A stretch of DNA of 64,000 bases, taken from positions 1-64,000 of IMG/VR virus record IMGVR_UViG_3300036770_004732; one strand, given 5' to 3'. Origin of the DNA: a virus. A model generated the notes under the pieces. That model had not been told where the DNA came from and did no database searches. It saw nothing but the letters and a program-made list of their open reading frames with translations. A program made the position numbers and the translations under genes. This document shows, one piece after another, positions 55,924 to 64,000 of the stretch; the stretch's first letter is position 1; each line of letters opens with the position of its first letter.

Positions 55924-56583
55924 TTAATAAACTTCTATACCATATTTATCGGCAATCTCTTTATCAACCTCATCCTTTGTCTTGAATCCTTTGACTCTCA
56001 TCCAAGTTACGAGAGTATAACGATTGCCAGAAATAACAGGTTCTACCATATGCGTATACCATCTTGATGAAGGAAAACAAACTAAAAGTCCTGGTTCTGG
56101 TTTAATCTTAATTCTTAAATCTGGGAAAGAAAAATATCCACCTTCAAAATCATCATTCAGGAAAAGAACGGTAGAGAGGTCTCTGTCTATTGTCTTCTTC
56201 CATACTTGTGTTCCATCAGGATTCGTCCATAAACCTTCTCCATCATTATGAGGTTTATAGTGTCCTCCTGGACTATAGCAAAGTAATTGTGGTTCTTCAC
56301 TATCTCTTACTTCAAATCCATAAAAAGGATTAATGACATTTTTTACTACATTATCAAGTAAATCTTTAACTTGAGGAAAGACCGGAATTAAGTCAGCACA
56401 CTCTACATCTCTCACTGACTTATCTATTTTTGATTCTCTTTGTCTCGTTTTATCACTTTTTTCAGCATCAAAAACAGACATTCTCTCTTTGTGAGATTGT
56501 CTCATATAATCAGTTAAAAACTTTAATCCTTCTGGTGTAACAACTTTAGGTTGAATCAAAACATTAGCAAGAATATCATTCAT
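55924..56583 (-). CDS. Prolyl-4-hydroxylase-like 2OG-Fe(II) oxygenase
   Basis: QLLCY..GGHYKPHND, STVLFLNDDFEGG, HMVEPV.SGNRY; TAAATA at 56607-56612. Confidence 0.88.
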   Translation of the reverse strand: MNDILANVLIQPKVVTPEGLKFLTDYMRQSHKERMSVFDAEKSDKTRQRESKIDKSVRDVECADLIPVFPQVKDLLDNVVKNVINPFYGFEVRDSEEPQLLCYSPGGHYKPHNDGEGLWTNPDGTQVWKKTIDRDLSTVLFLNDDFEGGYFSFPDLRIKIKPEPGLLVCFPSSRWYTHMVEPVISGNRYTLVTWMRVKGFKTKDEVDKEIADKYGIEVY

Positions 56584-56609
56584 AATAGAATATTGTATAT
56601 CGTTTTTAT

Positions 56610-58466
56610 TTAGTTTGAGTTTGAAAATCCAGTGTTCCCAATTCTAGATGGACTAAAACCTGTTCCAGTAAGACTTACATCTTCAGTTGAAAATTCAATC
56701 CTAACAATTTGAGATTGGGAAGGTCCCATATTTACATAACCATAAAAACTACTTGATGATCCAGAAGCGGATGCCAAAGTTGTTGGCATATTTTTTCCTG
56801 GATTACTAAGTGTTTCATTTGAAAAATCAAGTCTTCTAATTGTACTAAATGCGAATGGACCGGGAGGACCATTACTACCACCACAAAAATATCCATATAG
56901 ATTATTTTGAACAGTTGTAGCATAATCTACACCCCTTGGAGACCAAGGAAAAGTGAGAGAAACTACTTCATTAGAATAATTTATCTTTAGTTGCTCTGAT
57001 GGGAAAAAAAATCCATTATCTCGTACAATGTATCCATAAGATTTAGTAGAAACAGAAGAAGAATTTAGTAAAGGTGCTGATAGATTTTTTCCTGGATTAT
57101 TCAATGTTTCACTAGAAAAATCAAGTCTTGTAATTGTAGTATAAGTCGCAAACGCTGGAAAAGTAGGAGTACCTCCAGTTTTATATCCACCATAAAAATA
57201 TCCATAATTATTCGAGTTAACAGAACCAACCTGAAGTACTGAATTTAATAAATTTTGTCCAGAGTCATTTGAAATTTCATTTGAAAAATCAAATCTAGTA
57301 ATTACAGTTGTACCTGATGGAGGTGGGCTTCCTGCAAAATAGTTATAATTGTTTGAAGTAACTGTTGCAATCAAATATCTTCCTGCTGGTAAATTTTTTC
57401 CAGGATCACTTAACGTTTCATTTGAAAAATCAAGTCTTGAGATTGTACTAATAGAAGAGGGAACGCTTCCACCACCAGCATAATAACCATAAGTCTTAAA
57501 TCCATTATTGCGGTAAACTGATTCCCCCCCTGAAACTGATGCCATACTAGATCTTGCTGTTGGTAAATTCTTTCCCGGATTACTTACAGTTTCGTTAGAG
57601 AAATCAAGTCTTGTTATGGTATTAATATATGTTGGTGTTGGAGTAAGACCACCACCATAATAACCATAAAAACTATCTGAAGTTGCTACTAAACCACCTC
57701 TTGATGTTGGTAAATTATTTCCAGGATCACTTAATGTCTCATTTGAGAAATCAAGTCTTGATATTGTACTAAATGAAGATGCTCCTGATTCACCTCCACC
57801 AAAATATCCATAAGAATTACTTGACGTTGCTTCTAAATAACTTTTTGCTGTTGGTAAATTTTTTCCAGGATCACTTAACGTTTCGTTTGAAAAATCAAGT
57901 CTTGATATTGTACTAATAGAAGAGGGAACGCTTCCACCACCAAAGTAACCATAAGAATTACTTGACGTTGCTGCTAAACTACTTCTTGCTGTTGGTAAAT
58001 TATTTCCAGGATTACTTACAGTTTCATTAGAGAAATCAAGTCTTGAGATTGTATTAACAAAAGGGGGAAGAGTACCGCCACCATAATAACCATAAGAATT
58101 ACTTGACGTTGCTGCTAAATTTTGAACAGATGCTGGTAAATTATTTCCAAGATCACTTAAAGTTTCATTAGAGTAATCAAGTCTTGATATTGTACTAATA
58201 GAAGAGGGAACGCTTCCACCACCAAAGTAACCATAAAAACTAGTTGATACTGCTGACAAAAAACCTCTTGCAGTTGGTAAATTATTTCCAGGATCACTTA
58301 CACTTTCATTAAAGAAATCAAGTCTTGATATTGTATTAATAATTCCCGGCAATCCGCCGCCACCATAATAACCATAAGCAGCACCCTCTGGCCAACTTTC
58401 AAAATTATTATCCGTTACATTTTGAATTTGTAATTCTTTGACTTCTTGTAGAGAGAATATTGCCAT
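56610..58466 (-). CDS. Kelch-like double beta-propeller protein, probably virion-associated
   Basis: About 12 repeats of YGY(F/Y)GGG-loop-TISRLDFSNET..PG.NLP. Confidence 0.85.
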   Translation of the reverse strand: MAIFSLQEVKELQIQNVTDNNFESWPEGAAYGYYGGGGLPGIINTISRLDFFNESVSDPGNNLPTARGFLSAVSTSFYGYFGGGSVPSSISTISRLDYSNETLSDLGNNLPASVQNLAATSSNSYGYYGGGTLPPFVNTISRLDFSNETVSNPGNNLPTARSSLAATSSNSYGYFGGGSVPSSISTISRLDFSNETLSDPGKNLPTAKSYLEATSSNSYGYFGGGESGASSFSTISRLDFSNETLSDPGNNLPTSRGGLVATSDSFYGYYGGGLTPTPTYINTITRLDFSNETVSNPGKNLPTARSSMASVSGGESVYRNNGFKTYGYYAGGGSVPSSISTISRLDFSNETLSDPGKNLPAGRYLIATVTSNNYNYFAGSPPPSGTTVITRFDFSNEISNDSGQNLLNSVLQVGSVNSNNYGYFYGGYKTGGTPTFPAFATYTTITRLDFSSETLNNPGKNLSAPLLNSSSVSTKSYGYIVRDNGFFFPSEQLKINYSNEVVSLTFPWSPRGVDYATTVQNNLYGYFCGGSNGPPGPFAFSTIRRLDFSNETLSNPGKNMPTTLASASGSSSSFYGYVNMGPSQSQIVRIEFSTEDVSLTGTGFSPSRIGNTGFSNSN

Positions 58467-59293
58467 CAGAGTCCAAAAATAGAATATCTTTGAGTTCCCC
58501 TTTTCCAGAACTCCATATGATTATATTTATTGATTACATATTCACTTAAGAACTTTGAATTATCACGATGTATTTTTTCTACTTTATCCCTTACCGTATG
58601 CATATTTTCTAACTTATAAACCTCATCATTCTCATCAAATTTTGGTTTTATATTCTCAAAAGTATGAATAAATCTTGGAAGTTCTAAGAAGTCGTAGATT
58701 TTATTCAGTTCACCTTGCAGATTATTTACTAGATCATCATAATCAACTAATATCAAATACTTATCATTCCCTTTACGAAATGCTTCTGCGAGTGCATGAT
58801 AAGATTGACCAATAATACCTTGAGGAGACATTAGGTAATCAGCACGATTATCATTACTAATTTCTATATTATTATTGATAAGTCCTTCATCAATAAATGA
58901 AGTTGTCTTGGAATGATAAATGAGATTTAAAAATGAAGATATAATGTCTTGTATGTCTCTGACTGGACAAATAATCTTTGGTTCTGGAGTGATGTAATCT
59001 TGAATATGCTGGATTTGGTTGACCCAACCTCTTGACTTATCAACAATAATATTTTGTGGAGTATTGAAGTAATAATTATGAGGTATAGATGATAATACTT
59101 TATGAGCACATTCTGGTTTAGGATGTGCTTTGTATTGTTCGGAATTATATAAAAGATACTCTTCAGTATAATGGATTGTATCTAAAAGTGGTGAATTTGT
59201 AGATGCGTGTATTTCTGGATTTTGATTGAGTAGTGCTGTTAATAAAGTTGAACCTGATCTTGGAAGACCAGACATAAAATAAAATGTTTTCAT
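58466..59293 (-). CDS. Sulfotransferase (Sulfotransfer_3-like)
   Basis: 5'-PSB motif SGLPRSGSTLL; 3'-PB motif VRDIQDIISS; YDDLV. Confidence 0.9.
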   Translation of the reverse strand: MKTFYFMSGLPRSGSTLLTALLNQNPEIHASTNSPLLDTIHYTEEYLLYNSEQYKAHPKPECAHKVLSSIPHNYYFNTPQNIIVDKSRGWVNQIQHIQDYITPEPKIICPVRDIQDIISSFLNLIYHSKTTSFIDEGLINNNIEISNDNRADYLMSPQGIIGQSYHALAEAFRKGNDKYLILVDYDDLVNNLQGELNKIYDFLELPRFIHTFENIKPKFDENDEVYKLENMHTVRDKVEKIHRDNSKFLSEYVINKYNHMEFWKRGTQRYSIFGL

Positions 59294-59295
59294 AA

Positions 59296-59434
59296 TTTAG
59301 TTTGAGTTTTCAAAATTTCCCATATTAGAAAACCATAATCTTATACATGTTGTTCTTAGTTCCTTTCCAAGATTAAATAAAACTTTTTCACTCACAAGTC
59401 CATCATAACAAGGTAAATCAATTAATAAAGACAT
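59296..59434 (-). pseudogene. Gene relic: broken glycosyltransferase-like start joined to a propeller-gene-like end
   Basis: ATG SLLIDLPCYDGLVSEKVFI then stop; the end AAACTCAAACTAAA matches the 3' end of the 618-aa gene. Confidence 0.5.
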
Positions 59435-59449
59435 AAAAAATTAATTATA

Positions 59450-60445
59450 CTATGTTATATATTTACCTGACAGAATAACTGCTAAAACATCAGTGGCAGA
59501 TGCTTCGGCAACAATACTATCATTTACAGCAAGATATGCAGGTTTGCCTAGTATCTCAATAACGCCATTTTTTGGAACTGTAAGATTATAAACCAAATAT
59601 CCTAATCTTACTCCCGTTGCTAATGATCCACGATAAATTGAAATGGAAGCATCAATGTCAGTATTTAAATTATAATTACAGATTTTAATGGATTGTAACA
59701 TAGCGGGATTTGTTGATGCTTGGAATATTTGAGTTCCCGATGCAGTAGTTACTGTTGTTCCTATTCCAACGTAATCCGTATCATCTTTTGTAGAGTATAT
59801 AATCCATGCATCAAGTCCTCCATCAATACCTGTTGCAGTAGATCCTGTTCCGGAAAGTGCTTGGAACCTTAAGACATCTGATGGATTTGCAATAATTGGT
59901 TGATCTAAAAACTGAATTGCTCCCTGATAAGGAACAATGACTCTTTGTGCCAAAGGTACTTTAGATCCACCATTAAAATCATGTCTTCCTACAAAATATA
60001 ATTCATTAGAGAATGAATTAGAAATATGAATTGATTCAATTATATATTTCTTATCTACAGTTGATGGAAATGAATATGCAATTCCAGGACCAACAAAAAT
60101 ATCATTTGTTTGAGAAGTATTTACACCAACACCAGAAGTTACAGAAACATAAATGGATGTTGTAATACCAGTATCAAATGTTCCAGAACCACCACTCCCA
60201 CCACTAGCATCAATAGTTACACTACCAGTGGAATCAGATATAGTAATATTAGTTCCAGCAACAATAGAAGTTACAATACCAGTTAAGTTTGATCCAGAAC
60301 CACTGAATGATGATGCAGTAATAGTTCCATTAACATCAAGTGTTGAAGTTGGTGATGTAGAGTTAATTCCAATCCTATCATTATTAATATCAACACTTAT
60401 AATATTTTCTGATGATAAATTACCAGTATTTCTAGGCCTTCCCAT
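59450..60445 (-). CDS. Virion structural protein (fibre-like N-terminus plus two beta-sandwich modules)
   Basis: RIGINSTSPTSTLDVNG and GSGSNLTGIVTSI fibre motifs; TAAATA at 60463-60468. Confidence 0.8.
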   Translation of the reverse strand: MGRPRNTGNLSSENIISVDINNDRIGINSTSPTSTLDVNGTITASSFSGSGSNLTGIVTSIVAGTNITISDSTGSVTIDASGGSGGSGTFDTGITTSIYVSVTSGVGVNTSQTNDIFVGPGIAYSFPSTVDKKYIIESIHISNSFSNELYFVGRHDFNGGSKVPLAQRVIVPYQGAIQFLDQPIIANPSDVLRFQALSGTGSTATGIDGGLDAWIIYSTKDDTDYVGIGTTVTTASGTQIFQASTNPAMLQSIKICNYNLNTDIDASISIYRGSLATGVRLGYLVYNLTVPKNGVIEILGKPAYLAVNDSIVAEASATDVLAVILSGKYIT

Positions 60446-60507
60446 AATTTATGTTTTATACGTATTTAGATTAAACATCATCAACACAAGTTAAAAGATT
60501 TCATGAT

Positions 60508-62406
60508 TTAGTTTGTAACTCCGTGATCAGAAGTAATAGCTACAGGTACATTATTTCCACTATCAGTTGTAACTTCAGTAGAAAAATTTAATCTAAGTAT
60601 ATTACTTGATGTTGTTGGTATAGATCCACCAACAATATATCCATAATAATCACTCGATAATGAAGCTGCAGATGAGGTAGTAACTGGTAGATTATTCGCT
60701 GGATTACTAACAGTTTCTGTAGAAAATGGAAATTTATATACCGTGTTAATATATGGAAAAGAACCTCCACATATGTATCCTTCAGAATTATTCTGAACCG
60801 CTGCGCGACCATCACATGTTGTTGGTGATACTGTACCAATTACTGAAGTAGTTTCACTTATAAAATCAAGTCTAGTTATAGTTGTAAACCAATCATCTGC
60901 TGGAGGATCATAATAATATCCACCCATAAAATAACCATATGAATTAGTAGAAAAATTTTGTCTATATCTACCTTTAAAAGGTAAATTTTTTCCAGTATCG
61001 GTTATAACTTCATTAGAAAAATCCATTCTGGTTATGTCGCTATATTCTTCGAAAGGAGGATATTGCCCACCGCAAAAATAACCATAGTTATTGTTCATGA
61101 CATTTTGAGATGGAAAATATGCAATACCTAATAAACGTTTTTGGGAATCAGTCGCAGTTTCGTTAGAGAAATCAAATCTTACTATTGTAGAAATAGTGGA
61201 TGGTGTGGGAGTACCCCCACCAGTAAAATATCCATAATTATTATTAAATACAAATCCACATGTATTTGCACTTGCTGGATTAGTTGCACTTATAAGTTGA
61301 GAAGATTCACTAGATAAATCAAGTCTAATGTAAGATGTTCTCGTTTGTATGTATCCATAAGTCCTAAATCCTTTAGAACGATAAGTTGATGTTCCACCAG
61401 AGAATGCTGCTGTTCCTGATCTAATTGTCGGTAAATTATTTCCCGGATCACTTATAGTTTCAGTATTCAAATCAAGTTTAGTAATTGTATTAATTGGCGT
61501 ATTTGAAGAATTTCTACCTCCACAATAATACCCAAAAGAATTACTTGGAGTTCCAGACACTCCATCTCTTGCTGTTGGTAAATCATTTCCTGGACTACTT
61601 ACAGTTTCGCTGGAAAAATCAAGTCTTTCTATTCTACAATAATAAGTTCCAGAAGGTGTTCCTGGGGGTGGATATGTAAATCCTCCACCAAAATATCCAT
61701 AAGAATTATTGGAAGTGGAAGCAAATCCATTTTTTGCCTCTAGCAAATTATTTCCAGGATCACCTATGGTTTCATTAGAAAAATCAAGTCGTGTTATTAC
61801 ATTTAAAGATCCAAAAGGAGATGATGGATCACCGCCACCACCAAAATATCCATAAGAAATAGATTGGATACCACATGATCTAAATCTTCCCGAAGGTAAA
61901 TTATTTCCCGGATCACTTACGGTTTCATTGGAGAAATCTAATCTAGATACTGTATTAGTGGTTGGAGCCGGTGGAGTATCACTACCACTGGATAAGTATC
62001 CATAAGAATTATTCGAAACTGTCGTCAAATTAAACTTTGATATCGGCAAATTATTTCCTGGATTGCTTACAGTTTCATTCGCAAAATCAAGTCTTGATAT
62101 TGTATTGAAAAAAACAGATGGGGGAGTTGGAGCAAGTCCACCAATAATATAACCATATAAATTATTTGAAGTTGCTGCAATCCGCTCCTTTCCTTCAAGT
62201 AAATTATTTCCTGGATTATTTACCGTCTCATTGAAAAAATCAATTCTTGATATTGTATTGTAATCAATATTGGGTGGAGCAAATCCACCAATAATATAAC
62301 CATAAGTAGCACCTTCTGGCCAACTTTCAAAGTTGTTATCATCTACATTTTTTACTTGCCCATCATAAACAGAATTTAATCCAAATACAGATCCGACTAC
62401 TGCCAT
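60508..62406 (-). CDS. Kelch-like double beta-propeller protein, paralog of 56610-58466
   Basis: Same repeat, same NNFESWPEGA N-terminal motif and SGG..YR..GF.TYGY linker. Confidence 0.85.
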   Translation of the reverse strand: MAVVGSVFGLNSVYDGQVKNVDDNNFESWPEGATYGYIIGGFAPPNIDYNTISRIDFFNETVNNPGNNLLEGKERIAATSNNLYGYIIGGLAPTPPSVFFNTISRLDFANETVSNPGNNLPISKFNLTTVSNNSYGYLSSGSDTPPAPTTNTVSRLDFSNETVSDPGNNLPSGRFRSCGIQSISYGYFGGGGDPSSPFGSLNVITRLDFSNETIGDPGNNLLEAKNGFASTSNNSYGYFGGGFTYPPPGTPSGTYYCRIERLDFSSETVSSPGNDLPTARDGVSGTPSNSFGYYCGGRNSSNTPINTITKLDLNTETISDPGNNLPTIRSGTAAFSGGTSTYRSKGFRTYGYIQTRTSYIRLDLSSESSQLISATNPASANTCGFVFNNNYGYFTGGGTPTPSTISTIVRFDFSNETATDSQKRLLGIAYFPSQNVMNNNYGYFCGGQYPPFEEYSDITRMDFSNEVITDTGKNLPFKGRYRQNFSTNSYGYFMGGYYYDPPADDWFTTITRLDFISETTSVIGTVSPTTCDGRAAVQNNSEGYICGGSFPYINTVYKFPFSTETVSNPANNLPVTTSSAASLSSDYYGYIVGGSIPTTSSNILRLNFSTEVTTDSGNNVPVAITSDHGVTN

Positions 62407-62412
62407 TGATTT

Positions 62413-63252
62413 TTACTCTATTTTAAGATCTTGATTAAATAATGATTGTGGAATTTGCTTTTGTTCTTGCTCTTCAACACCGCGAATAAGTTGTTGATCC
62501 ATTCCGGTAATTTCTTCAATGCCTGCAGAAACTGCTTGCTGAAGACTATTCAAAAAGTCCATAGGATTATTTGGATCACCAAAACTACCTTTGATACGAT
62601 TGGCATCATCAGTCAATACTGTAGGGGCACTTGCACGCCTCATAGAACGAATATTTCCAGCATTCACACCAGTTCTCGCAGCAAGCAAATCATCAAGTGA
62701 CTGATTAGCGAGTCTACGTTCCCAGTAGTTTGGTTGATCTTCATTATATTGTTCTCTTGAAACTAATTTACCACCATTTAATTCAATCAAACGATTAATT
62801 AATTTATCAAAACATTGAAGTTCTTCTACTGCTGCTTTAAATCCACGATTTAATCCTTCAAGCATACGATGAAAATGAAACTCATCGATATCATACCAAC
62901 ATAGTTGTTCACCACCTTCACGAGTTTTCCACCAAATTGGTTGAGTCTTATCCTTTCCTTCCCACTTATAATTAAACTCTCTTGCTGCTCTCTTTGCTTC
63001 AATGACTTGTTGTAAAAGACCTTCTGCTACACTTCTACGATTGATAAGTGCTGCCTTAAATGCTGATGGAATTGTAAAGTTGTCATGAATAATAAACTTT
63101 TCAATTTGGAAATCTGAACGACCTTGTGCAAGTTCAGTCTCACTTTCTTCCCAACGAGTTGCCTCTTGAAGAACCTTAAGCATAAATTCATTATTATCAT
63201 CTAAAACTTCTTTAGATGTTGCAAGTGCAATTGCTTCATAATTGTTAGACAT
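62413..63252 (-). CDS. Helical/coiled-coil protein co-transcribed with the propeller gene
   Basis: ORF track; perfect TATAAATA late promoter at 63283-63290. Confidence 0.8.
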   Translation of the reverse strand: MSNNYEAIALATSKEVLDDNNEFMLKVLQEATRWEESETELAQGRSDFQIEKFIIHDNFTIPSAFKAALINRRSVAEGLLQQVIEAKRAAREFNYKWEGKDKTQPIWWKTREGGEQLCWYDIDEFHFHRMLEGLNRGFKAAVEELQCFDKLINRLIELNGGKLVSREQYNEDQPNYWERRLANQSLDDLLAARTGVNAGNIRSMRRASAPTVLTDDANRIKGSFGDPNNPMDFLNSLQQAVSAGIEEITGMDQQLIRGVEEQEQKQIPQSLFNQDLKIE

Positions 63253-63285
63253 ACTTATCCAATTAAATTAATAGTGTTGTTTTAT

Positions 63286-64000
63286 TTATAGTGCAAATCT
63301 TTGAGTAACGGCAAGAGATAATCTTCTATCAGCAACTTCTTTTCCCCACTTTTTACAGAAGTGACGATACAATTGTTCCGTTCTTGAGTCTTTTTCTTCT
63401 TTAGTTTCATTATCTAAAGTTCTATGAGAAAAATGAAGTAAATATGATTGATGATTGAACTTGGTTTCAAATCCAAGTTGTTCTGCTCTAAGTCCATAAT
63501 CTATATCTTCTCCACCACCTTTTCCAAATTCCTCATCAAATAATCCAACCTTTGAACTGACTTCATGAGGAATATAAAAACAATAGAATGCTTTGATTAA
63601 GTTTGGTGCCACATTCTGGGGTTGTGTTGTAATTTGAGAAGCAATTTGATTGAGTGATTCTTCTTTACCAACAAATTCTTCAAGTTCCATTTCACCTTTT
63701 ATCCAATCACCTTGTAAGTGTTGGTTACATAAAGGAATAGAAACTGAATTTGAATCACCTAAATTTTGATTCCAGTTTTTTGTAAAAACAATATCATTAT
63801 TCAGTCCAACAAAATCAGCACCATCCATAATTGCTTGCTTAAGAATGAAATTCATATTCTCAGCAAAAGACTTTGGCAAAACATTTGAGACTACTGTAAT
63901 ATTTTCATAGTCCTTAGTAAATGATTTATCATTATCAATCAAGAAAAACTTATCTTGTTTTTTAAAAATACTATTTCTAAAAAATGTGTCTAGTGCAAGA
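63286..64000 (-). CDS. GT2-family glycosyltransferase, 5' end beyond the window
   Basis: LIDN, FAENMN, LNNDI, VGLFDEEFGKGGGEDIDY; frame is open to the window edge. Confidence 0.85.
   Translation of the reverse strand, partial: LALDTFFRNSIFKKQDKFFLIDNDKSFTKDYENITVVSNVLPKSFAENMNFILKQAIMDGADFVGLNNDIVFTKNWNQNLGDSNSVSIPLCNQHLQGDWIKGEMELEEFVGKEESLNQIASQITTQPQNVAPNLIKAFYCFYIPHEVSSKVGLFDEEFGKGGGEDIDYGLRAEQLGFETKFNHQSYLLHFSHRTLDNETKEEKDSRTEQLYRHFCKKWGKEVADRRLSLAVTQRFAL

Noticed and set aside
55924-56583. P4H acting on the collagen fibres as in animal collagen
   Set aside because: The collagen repeats have essentially no Y-position proline, so they are unlikely substrates.
56610-62406. Diversity-generating retroelement acting on the propeller genes
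   Set aside because: No reverse transcriptase in the window, and I saw no TR/VR pair differing only at adenines.

Overview
This window is a 64 kb segment of an AT-rich T4-like cyanomyovirus genome (Kyanoviridae-type; a freshwater Synechococcus/Cyanobium host is my inference). Nearly all genes are on the minus strand. (1) 1-10.1 kb: a hyperplastic early/middle region of small ORFs plus a metallophosphoesterase, glutaredoxin, 2OG-Fe(II) oxygenase and SF2 helicase, with four copies of a palindromic promoter element. (2) 10.2-30 kb: tail-fibre/virion genes, including a gp38-like Gly-rich adhesin, a 2072-aa fibre with an S74 chaperone, and two almost proline-free Gly-X-Gln collagen-like fibres. 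An orphan Phd/YefM-like ORF and an anticodon-less tRNA-like element interrupt this block. (3) 30-42 kb: baseplate/tail core (gp5, hub, lysozyme-bearing tail protein, gp51, gp26, gp19/54-like, gp4, gp2-like, gp48, gp53). (4) 42-50 kb: Mom-like DNA modifier, gp32, gp59, gp33, exonuclease, phoH, thyX, and a glnA-class glutamine riboswitch leading a four-peptide DUF4278-like operon. (5) 50-64 kb: an accessory island of glycosyltransferases, a GH-like propeller, two 2OG-Fe(II) hydroxylases and a sulfotransferase, interleaved with two double beta-propeller virion-type proteins and a fibre chaperone. The best candidates for poorly described biology are this putative virion-protein hydroxylation/glycosylation/sulfation island, the riboswitch-peptide operon with an expanded P3, a dual-late-promoter antisense sRNA cassette at 44.8 kb, and the 51-nt tRNA-like element. 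All family calls come from motif recognition by eye; no searches were run.
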